From positions 57,908,001 to 57,972,000 of the forward strand of contig OX597827.1 in NCBI GenBank assembly GCA_951406725.2: 64,000 nucleotides of DNA, written 5' to 3'. Source of the stretch: Octopus vulgaris. Taxonomy: Eukaryota. Positions 53,525 through 64,000 of the stretch are shown piece by piece; the stretch's first letter is position 1; each line of letters begins with the position of its first letter. A program made the position numbers and the translations under genes. The notes beneath the pieces are model-generated. The model was not told where the DNA came from. It did not search any database and saw only the letters and a list, made by a program, of their open reading frames with translations.

Positions 53525-55492
53525 CACTGGGGAACAGGGTTTTTGTTGTCTGATGTTAGAGATGTGTTTCCTACTAATTTGGGGTGGGGTGGGGGTGCTG
53601 ATTTCAAAATTGAAATCCATTTTGCTCTATCATGTAAAGATTTTTTACAAACTGAGGTGTCCATTTTTCAACATTTCTGGTATTGTCACCATTTCTAAGG
53701 AGAGATTTGACTTCCTCAAATGCAAACCCATGTATGGAGCTTAACATAACTTTGAAAACATAGTTTTTCAATGTCATTTAAAGTAAACACAACTACAAAA
53801 GTGAAAACAAAACTTATTATTTAAGTATCTTTAGTAAATAAGGAGTATCAAACTTGAGCAACTTTCAGTATTTTCAACCTAACCAGTTTCAAATGTCATG
53901 ATGATGACAGAAATGTCCTTTATACAATCAGATGTTAAAAAACAATATATATGAGACACCATATGTCTCATATTTGCAGAATTTATCTGTAGATATGCCC
54001 ATGCTTTGCTTAATTTAGTGTGACTATCATTACAAAATAGATGAGACATGCTTTGTTGAAAATTGGTATTTTGAATGTGTCCTTAATGTTTTGATTGTGA
54101 GGTCCCATGGGTCAAGGTCACTTCTTGTTAAGCATGGTCAAAGAATTATAAAAAGAACTTAATGGTATGTATGCTTTTTATAGAACTTTGACACCACAAA
54201 TCTGCATTTGCTTACTTTATAACTGTTGACTATTCTGAAAATGCTTTCCCAGCTGACAACTAGCTTAACCCTTTAGTGTTCAGATTATTCTATCAAACAT
54301 AATGCTTATTGATTCCCATTGATTTGAATTAATCATGCATTATCTCATATCTTCAAGATCTTGATGGTGTAATTACTTAATGTAGAATAACATTGTAGGG
54401 TAGGTGTGAGAGCCTGGATCTGGTCAGTTTGAACATAAAACAGATTAACTATTTTGGCCGGATATGGCCGGTTTAAATACTAAAGGGTTAAACATGTTTT
54501 GTATTTCAGAAATATGACCAGTTGTGAGAGAAGAGAATGTAAAAACAGTCCTGATGTTTTCTGCTTATTTCTGGATTAGGCAGTGAAACAAAATCACAGA
54601 TTTTGTGAAGAAAGCTTACCTTACATTTAGCATGAAACTGGGTGACAAGGCAAAGCATGGGCATCTCATATAGTGTAAAAAACATGTGTTGAAACACTGA
54701 GGTAGTGACTGTTTCAAATACTTAAGCAGAAAGTTTCCAGCTTTGTCTTGTGAGAAAAATAAGGTTGGAGTGTTTGATGGGCCACATATTAGGTGACTAT
54801 CGCAGGACAAGCTATTTTTGGAGACCATGTCTGACACTGAAAAAGAAGCATGGAACACTTTTGCTGCAGTTGTATTTGATTTCCTGAGAAACTGGAAGCC
54901 ATCAAATAATGAAGATCTTGTGAAGACCCTGTTAACCAGTTTTCGAGTACTGGGCTGCAACATAAATGTAAATGTGCATTTCCTGCACAGTCACCTGGAC
55001 TACTTCCTTGAAAATCCTGAAGCAATAGTGATGAGCAAAGAAAAAGATTCCACCAAGACATCGAGAACATGGGGACTAGGTATCAAGGCAGATAGGACAC
55101 CAACATGGTGTTGTCTACTGCTGATCACTGCAAAGAGACTGTCATGATGCAATTTATTCACATAAAGCAACAAAGAGAAAGTTCATTGCTTGTGTAGTTC
55201 AAACTCCAGTTTGACAGAAATATCTATTCTAAGATGTGTAATTAAACATTTTGTATGATATATGTTAAACAATAAAATGTACTATTTGGTTTGTATTAGT
55301 TTCTTATTGCAGTCTTGCATTTAATGGCAAAATTGACATTTTTTGGTAAAAAAAAAAATGAATTCCAGCTTAACAAAAAGCTTGATATGATAGAAAACTT
55401 CCGGGGGAATTTCTGAACCCAACACCATCAAATTAGGTAGGACTAATTGTGAAAAGCAAGACAACAAACTTTTTTTGAAATGTTTCCCAGTG
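53525..55492 (+). mobile_element. Chapaev3 (CMC) DNA transposon with transposase C-terminal remnant (~54610-55190)
   Basis: TTA|CACTGGGGAACA...TGTTTCCCAGTG|TTA; CFKYLSRKFPALS..GVFDGPHIR..EKEAW..LGCNINVNVHFLHSHLDYFLEN..SDEQ..RFHQDI..RYQGR. Confidence 0.9.
54269..54487. mobile_element. piggyBac-like MITE nested in Chapaev3
   Basis: TTAA|CCCTTTAGT...ACTAAAGGG|TTAA. Confidence 0.9.
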
Positions 55493-58400
55493 TTATAAAA
55501 TTGATTAGGTCATTGTAGAACATATCCTCTTACATTTATGGTTCCAAAAAGAGTGACCTTTATCTTTCAGAAAAGTATAAGATCCTGTTATAGCGTTTTG
55601 CAATTTTGAATGAAAAATCAGAATTGCTAAATTCTTGCAGATACTTCCATCAATATTTATTGAGGATTTTCCAACTACTAACTGGCCAAAATTGTTTACT
55701 TCCTATTATATAATTGATTTGTCGTACTCTGAAAAGATCACATACTGACGAAAAGAATTAGGTTATTCACTAACAATAAAATTTCACTAACAATATCTAT
55801 CCATCTTCCTTGATTTTGTATTTTTCTAAACATTTGATATGGAAAATATAAAAATATCACTTGTGAATAGATGAATATATCATGCATTCTGTGTATAACA
55901 ACTGAATAGATGTGTGACTCATTTTCTGATTTTTTTTTTTTTTTTGCTTCTGGAGAACTATCAAATATTGATGACTAATCATATTTTGATGCATCTGTGA
56001 ATATTTTTGCTGATATAGTCATGCTGCTTCCCTTTCTTCAATTGTCCGAATTATCGGCAAGAAAAAGAAGTCCAATCAATTATTTTGAGACAAAAACAAA
56101 TCCAAATAATTAATTACTATGATTATTTTCTGTGAGTAATTTCTGGCTTTCATATGTAGATAAAAGGATATATGTAAACAGCTGTAGTTCCCATAACATA
56201 CAGTTGCTTGCTGTGCTTTAAAAAATTATCACAAAATATATTCTTTAAAAAATAACTAAGTATTTGTGCACATGCACAAGGTGTATTAGAAAACTGAAGA
56301 AATTTCAAGTAGTTAAACTAATTTTTAAGCCTTTAACTATAAAACTTTAAACATGTAAATACAGTGGTTCATACATAGGAAAATAAAAGAGACAGCCTTG
56401 GCATACATATTTCATGGTCTGTTGACTATTCAGACACGTTCATTCATTGCCCATGAAGAAATTTATAGCAAATGGCTATTCATATCACATAAATTGGAAC
56501 TTAGAGAAATGGCAAGGCTATGATTAAACATGCACCACAATCCTGATATGAAAGTAGTAAATTTTAAGTTTGTTGTAGAAAGTGCTTTAATTGTTGCAGC
56601 TATTAACTGCATGAAAAAATGAACGCAGATGTTGTGGCTTAGAATGAATGAAATAAACTTTTAGATATTGTTCCATACGCAGATCCTCCTATGCATTTTC
56701 CACACACACACACTGATACAACCTGTCCTGCATTGACCAGCTGGGCTGACATGCACACACCTGATTAGACAGTCATGTATACATACACAACCACATAAAG
56801 AGAAAATTTAAGAAAGAAATCACAAATTTTCGCCACCAAAATCACTTTTCACTTAGAATTATATTTGCTTTTAAAAGTCAATAACTAAGTAAACTATTAC
56901 ATTTTGCCACAAAGTATACATGCATTAGAAATACCTTAAGCCATATAAAAAAAATAGAGATTACATGAGATTATATATGATCTAAGGGGTATACAACAAG
57001 GAAAAATAAAAATATTGTGTATAATCCAATTCTTGAGTAGGTGCTTCAGTACAAAAACAAAATGATCAGTGAGTAATTGATTAGCTTTTGATAGATTTCC
57101 GGTGAATTTTTCCACTAATTTGACTTGTTCTCCAGTAGACTTCATACATGTATTTCTCTCTTGCATTGGTTGCAGGCCTAACTAATAAAACAAATATCTA
57201 GACTACTTAGTATTGATTTCTCTCATCAAGTAAGCTGTTCTTGCTTGGTAAGAATTTACATTGTGCTCTTACTTTGGTAAGAACATATATTGATCAATCT
57301 TTCAAGACCTACATGGATATTTTCAAAGAAATTTCTATACAAGATTAATGCACTTACTAACAAAATAATAGAAGCCGAATAGGAAAAAAAAAAAAAAGAT
57401 TCTCAACTAACATTTTGATAAAAATCTCACAAATGCTGATGATAATCAGTAGCAGTTGCCTTTTCACTATTTCTTTATTCTTTGAATGATTCTGAGAGCA
57501 AATTGGACATAAATCTTAAACCATTGAAAAGTTAATTCAAGAGCAGGAAAATAATTTTGACATCTTGAAAAAGTCCAAATTGATCTCATTAAATATTTCT
57601 TAACATAGACAAGAATTATTCTAATCATATGAGTAAAGGATAGAATAAACAGTTACACAAAATACAAAATTTTAATCAGAACATTTCTATCACAAACAGA
57701 AAGAGAATGAGTTGAAGAACTGCAAGTCAAAAGGACACCAGAGAACAATCTAAAATGCACAGATAATAAGTTACTATTGAAAGTCTAAAATTATTTCCGT
57801 AAAAATTACCTCACTGGTAACATACACAGAAAACAACAAAAAAAGAAAAAGCAGTACATGAATAAATGTTTCTTTTGAAATATTTTGAGAAAATGATAAA
57901 GAGAGAAATGAATTGAGACTAAATTAAAAACATGCCATCATATAGTCAGTGGTAAGTGATATTAATAAAAGATCAATGATTTTAATTAAAGTACCAATGA
58001 TATTTTCTCAAGTCATTTTACCCATCAGCCACTTGGGTTAGTCAATAGAGTATGTAGTTCACTATTAGATAATATAGATACTTAATTTCAGCTTTGAAGG
58101 ATGTTGAATGTTCTAACTCAGAAATTTTAACTGGGTATTGATTTCATATGCCAGGTGGTAATTAGCATCATAAAAAAAGTAAATAACTCCATGTAATTTC
58201 CTCAAATTCTCTCAGACTAGCATTAAACATTTAAAAAGCAAGCTGGATGATTAAATTTTCACAATTAACAAATACAAAGAACATACAAATACAGAGGAAA
58301 ATCGGAAATGAATGCTTCACAGACTTTGCAATAAGATCCATGTTACTTTCATTTTGTTTATCAGCTGAATAGTAGTTTTTTCTGTTTTTTTTTTTTTTTT

Positions 58401-59009
58401 TTAAACTCCTTCTACTTATACGGTGTAATCCACTTCAAAAACCAAATGAAATACACAAAAGACTGCATTATAAATAATTAATAAAAGTGTTTGGAATATT
58501 TCTGCTGCCGAAGCAGAAAAAATTATTATTGAAAAATAGATATTATTGTATGAATATTCAGAAAATATTAAATTCAGAAAGAAGTAATCTTTGCATAAGG
58601 CATGACAGCATCTTAAATTTCTGGTCTGATTCAAGATTGTAACTGGATCTCCATCTGGCTATGAACCAAATGCATCTAAAGTCTTCTAATGCTGACCAAA
58701 ATATCAAATACCCAGATATACTTGGCTGTTTTCATAATTCTAAAACTAACCTTTACACTGTCACCACAGTTAGTGTGCCTTATTTATCTGACCATGGCTT
58801 AAAAGCATTCTACATCACAACCACCGATTACAAAATATTCTCAGCTGTTTGGATCGCAAAATAAGCAGATTAATCTCTAAAGCATTTGAAGTAGCTAACC
58901 CAAATGGCTGAAACCATTTCTACATGCCTCACACAACTCAAACCCTCCCGAATAGTTCATTCATGGTTTGGCAGTTATTGTACAAATGAAAAACAATTAT
59001 CTTTTGTTT

Positions 59010-59335
59010 CACTCATTGGATTGTAGTCATGCTGGGGAACTGATTTGAAGGGTTTAGTTGAACAAATTGATGCCAATGCTTATTTTTAAGTATGGTACTT
59101 ACCCTACTGATCACTTTGCCCAACAGATAAGTCACAAAGATGTAAGCAAGCCAACACTATTTGTCAAGCAATGGGGACATGTGACAGCTACTGAACAGTT
59201 TTTGTCTACCAAATCCACTCATAAGGCATTGGACAGCCTGGGGCTACAGTAGGCCCAAGGAGCTTTGCAGTGGGACTGAAACAAAATCCCATTGTTGCTA
59301 AGTGAGCTTCTTAACCACACAGCCACGCCTAAACC
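59010..59335 (-). mobile_element. CORE-type SINE, decayed
   Basis: 'gcagtgggactgaa...cttcttaaccacacagccacgcct' head shared with 41450-41525. Confidence 0.65.
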
Positions 59336-62214
59336 TAAATAATAGTGTTCTTATGTCAGGAGCCAAAGGCAAAGCATTTGACATGAGAACTGATACCAAA
59401 AATGGTACACATATACTGCACACTACAGTATTGTTCATATATCCAAGACTGAGCAGATGATACACATAAAACCTCTAAATATCAAAGGAAATAAAATAAG
59501 AAGGAAGAATGTTATTCAAATGATTGGCAAACCATCACACACTGACACACTACAATCACCATTACACAAAAGAATTACATTCCACCACCATCCTAGTTTC
59601 TTGAACTGTAGCCACAATGTTTCCTGTTTCTCTGCACAAGCAAACTATGTAACTCATACCCAAGCCCACTCAATTTCACCATCTCTTCTACTTTTTGTAA
59701 TTTCTACTTATGTCTCACTCAGACTTAATCACTTGAACAGGTTTAGAAAATTTTTAACAGTATATATTTTCAGCTATACACCTTGTCCACAACAATGCTT
59801 TGCTAGTGGCTTGGTTTGCACTCTCATCAGAAATCCAAAAATTAATCAAATAAACAACACTAGTAAATAAAAGGTATTTACAGATTGCTTTAGGTTTCTA
59901 ATTTAACAAATAACTTTTTACATCATGTTTGTTTGAAATGATTTGATGAGACTGTATGAAACCAAAGGTTAATCTTAAAGTAGGTAGCAGCATCAATACT
60001 ACTGCTGCATATTTTGAAACTGATAAACAATATTAAATGGACTATAAAGGGAGGAATATTTTACATCCTAACTATCAGCTCTCTCCCTCTCTCTTTTTTA
60101 TTTGAAGTGCTTTACTCTGGTTATCAAATTCCAGTGAGAATTTATTCTTAGTTACAATTTTAAAACAACTTTTACATCCACTTTTCCAAGCTAAAATGAG
60201 TGACATAATCCTAAAAATATGGCTCCTTGCCTAAGAACTGTCAGAGTAATATATATATACTTTTAAAAGTGAACACCTTTCCTAATGCTAGTTTCTCAAC
60301 TGAGTGAAAATGATATCTATGACCAAATGAAACTGTAGTTGAAACAAGTAACACAGATTGATATGATTGCCACAGGGTTTGAACTTATGACCTTATTGTT
60401 AAGTGGTTCAGCAACTGTCAATTATTTTATGGTGGAAACAACTCATTCTTCTTGTCATAAGTTTTTCCTGAAAAATCTAACAAAGTGCTAATCATTGGAA
60501 CTTAAACTTTTGTTGTGTTGATTTATTATATAATGTTAGATATACAAGAACTGCCTTCCACCAACAATACCATTGTTTCCAAATGTACACACTACAACAG
60601 CACAGTACCAGCAAATATTTCTGATTCACTTAAAAATACAAATCATATCAGTGAAACAAAAATCCAAATTATATTCAACCAGAAATCCACTGTAGAAATA
60701 TAATGGAATAAGACTTGTTTTTACCTAAACAAAGATCGTTGCTTTAAATCTGAAGATAGCATGCATGCAAACATCCACACACAAACACATGCTGTGATTT
60801 AAGCTTTTAGCCAAAGTTTGTAAATGTTAGAAGGCTTATACAAAGATTATAGATTTTAAAAAAAGAAACCTGAATCAAACAAGATTAAATGCTTGGAATT
60901 AAAAACTGTAACTTGAGGTTGATGAAGCTTTCAAAAAGTCATAAGTACTTCCAGTCATTAGAAAAGAAATACAGAGTTGAAGAGTTAACCATATGTCAGA
61001 TTAATGTTTTATTCTAAAAAATGTTTCATTTGAAAGCATTACTTTCTTAATACTTGGTGGTATATAAAAATAAGGCTTCCAAAGCCATTTATATCCAATG
61101 TTTCCAGTGTCTTTCAGACACATCAAGGATTTGTTTTAAAAAGATGATTAAAAACTATACATTGTCCAAAGGATATTAAATGCTAGCCATAGATTTTACA
61201 TCCAATATAACGAGCAACTTGTAGGTTTATAACATCTGTATCTGTCCATATGGACAGTGAGCATATAAGTATGCATAAAGAAGAGTGTCATAAAAATGTC
61301 ACTCAGATCCTGCAGTTAGTTAACTGAGAGGTGGACACTCTAAATGAATACATCACTACTGACTATATAGGTTTAATAAACAATAAAATTGCAACTGAAG
61401 CAACTATTGTCAAGGCACTTAACTCCCATTAAGCCAGTTTACTAAGCTGTAAATAGGTAATATACAAAAGTGCACACATTTTATACATTATATAATTATT
61501 GTTTTGTCTCCTAGTCTCAGTTGTGTTTCATGTTCAATTCCTTGTATGGGCTCGGAGTTAGCATTGGAAAATCACATTAGTGTTTGTATCTTCTCCAAGG
61601 AATACTGAAATTTAGCAAGATCACTAATTCAATTTCCTGATATAACTTTCAAGAGTAGTTAATACGAAAAGAAAAGAAAAAAAAACCTGCAAACAGAGTC
61701 TCAGAAGTAAGTACAAAAAGCAGAGAATTAGTCATAATTATGAATAAATAAGGAAACTGAGCACATAGACAAAAATAACTAGAAAGGAGCTGTCCTGTAG
61801 ACAACTTCCAAAACGTACCTTCATGAGGCATAGATATAAATAGAAAATTGCTAATGATTATGATGATATTGAAAACACACTCATTGAACATGTTTGGCAA
61901 AAGTACACAGAACAAGCAAAGTACAATGCAATTCCAAAGTTTCTCCAAAGTGACATATGCTAGAAGTGTGTTAAGTAATTCTAGAACTTCTGCCAAAACA
62001 GTGAAATTAGTACAAATAAACTAATCGACATATGAGCAACCACTGTAAAGATTACTCCTGAATGATAAAGGGATCAAGAATGGGCTGATCGTTGAAACTG
62101 TGAAATGAATTTCAAATAATTTTCCACTGGGAATCTTTATATGTATATGTATGCATGTGTGTGTGTGTGTGTGTGTGTGTGTACATATATATATATATAT
62201 ATCCTAAAATGAAC

Positions 62215-62406
62215 AACAAACACAAAAAAAAACAACGCAAGGACATGGTACATTTAAAGTATTAGCAGATGCTCAGGGAAGGAAAGAAAGGTGATTTTAC
62301 GTTTCGAGCAAAGCTCTTCTTCAGAAATAGGAGACAGAGGAAAGCCCAATAGAAAAGTAAGATGAAGAAAAAAAAAAGTTGCTAATGATTCACATATGGT
62401 TACATT
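62215..62406 (-). mobile_element. Penelope-like solo pLTR
   Basis: Homolog of 18770-18963; flanked by microsatellites. Confidence 0.7.
62294..62328 (-). ncRNA. Minimal type I hammerhead ribozyme
   Basis: AUUU CUGAAGA A GAGC uuu GCUC GAAA CG UA AAAU; palindromic ACGU stem III, GUA cleavage triplet. Confidence 0.7.
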
Positions 62407-62515
62407 TTGAAAATGCATATATATACATTTTGAAAATGCATACATATATACATTTTGAACGAACATACATATATACATACATTTTGAACAAACATACATA
62501 CATACATACATACAT

Positions 62516-62555
<40 letters not shown>

Positions 62556-63892
62556 ACGGTTTCATACAACTTTCAAAAATGCTTACATATTTTAGTTACC
62601 TATCATATTTCGTGATAACTATTTCAAGTGGGTGATACATTCTTCTTGAAACCACTACAATTTATTGAAAATATTGCCATATTCTCAAAGCAATAAACAA
62701 TTTTTGTAACTGACAACATAACAAAAACGTTTTTTTTTTCAAGTGTTATTTACCAAACATTATGGTTTGTTAACATTACCACCACCATTACCACTGTAAT
62801 GCTTATTACAATAAAAGCTTCTATTTAGAAAAAAGTTCAACATAGAGTAAAAATTTGAAACTATTATTAACAATTACATTTCTTTTATAAACAATTTGTA
62901 TAAACTTCTGATCAATACATTTTTAAAATAAAGTATTTCAAGAAATGTTTAATAATTTTATTCCAACTGCTTGTTTTAAAACAATAGGAAAACACTGCTG
63001 CTATAAACAGTAACCAGCAGAGCAGTGGGTATGAATAGAGTCTACAATGGTTTTTGTTAATGTTACCTCTCCAAAATATACTCGAAGCAAAACTAGACAA
63101 TCTCATGTTACAGGCAGCAGATGAAAATGTATGTGGATTTATAAACAGTTGTTAAAATTAAGAAGCCCTTAGGCTATGCAACAGTAAAGCAGTTTAGTAC
63201 CTTGTATACCATTAACATATATTACAAAGGGACAAAAAAAAAAATCTTCAAGATTCTAGTGCTATCTTAGAATCCTTCAGATAAAATCACTACAGGAAAA
63301 TGTAATGGTCATACCTGGAGATGAAGAAAAGCATAATTTTAGTTAAGTAGGGAGCCTCAGTATGGTTGCTTAGTCTGCTACAAATAGCCAAATCTCCCTT
63401 ACACACACTAGGATTACAGCCTAAACCTAAACTACAAAATAATTATTTGGATAGTGAAAAAGATGGATAATTCTTACAGAACGGACAGTGTGTGAGTCAG
63501 CCAGATTGTAAGTTATTAATAAGTTTGTGGATTGGAGAAGAATCTCAGCCAAAGCATCAATAGTACAGTAGTTGAGTAGTAAGTAAGAGTTAGCAGCAAA
63601 AATTAAAAGGAATAGAAAATCTGTTTAAAATGATAGCTGGAAGCCAGGTGGGAAATTAAACATCAAGTGTATCTCTTCAGAAGAGAGAAAACAGTGAACA
63701 TAGGCCAGTAGATGTTCGGCCAACCAACACACACACACACACACACACAGAAGTCCATATGAATGAAGCTGCAATTGGTATTTAATATGACAAGTACACT
63801 GTTAAACCAACAGAGAAAAGGGTGAGGTGTCAAGCAGCAGAGATAGTGAGTAAAGCAATCTGGTTCTTCAGAAGAAGTGGAAAGTCCTTTCC

Positions 63893-64000
63893 CCCTCTAG
63901 CATTTAAACCAGCCATATCCAACCCATATATTCTACCTGCTTTATATTCAAACTGGCAGCATGCAGCCTCCCATATCTACTCTACAATGTAATTCTAAAA
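63893..64000. mobile_element. piggyBac-like MITE, cut by the window end
   Basis: 'ccctctagcatttaaaccagccatatcc...ctacaatgtaattctaaaa' matches the 42489 copy. Confidence 0.75.

Larger units (their letters stand above)
52330..55790 (+). pseudogene. Penelope-like retroelement (RT plus GIY-YIG endonuclease) pseudogene, split by a Chapaev3 insertion; degenerate hammerhead-like motif at ~55725-55765
   Basis: EDHKDNFLANPKYR; FMQFHTIEFQPTVTQSLLEKALD; FEVTLRLFNEAEVCD; HKIFNRNSIRVRYCC; GVTGKPFKRSFTQHMHTFRH..LYK*IW | after 55495: SYIYGSKKSDLYLSEKYKIL..LNEKSELLNSCRY. Confidence 0.82.

Noticed and set aside
62050-62140. Additional hammerhead-like remnants (also ~20135-20165)
   Set aside because: Core and stems are too degenerate to support a call
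48113-64000. Upstream REEP exon (VKWMMYWIVF-like)
   Set aside because: Searched by eye on the minus strand and not found; probably beyond the window end

Overview
AT-rich, microsatellite-rich animal genomic DNA. The SINE/MITE/LINE content looks like an Octopus (coleoid cephalopod) genome; this is inferred from recognised repeats, not from a search. The whole window lies inside one large minus-strand gene of the REEP1-4 subfamily (receptor expression-enhancing protein, TB2/DP1/HVA22 family of ER-shaping proteins). Three coding exons splice in frame (48112-47992, 17873-17760, 4925-4793), followed by a candidate 21-nt microexon (3966-3946). The first and last exons lie outside the window or were not identified. 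The introns contain tRNA-derived SINEs, RTE and CR1-like LINE fragments, Tc1/pogo, hAT, piggyBac-like and Chapaev3 DNA transposons (several nested three deep), and Penelope-like elements. The most notable items are minimal hammerhead ribozymes on the pre-mRNA strand. One has a compensated U3-A8 core and sits in a ~315-bp-arm inverted repeat that carries its own antisense copy. Most long ORFs in the ORF track are microsatellite artefacts. Repeat boundaries without TSDs are approximate.
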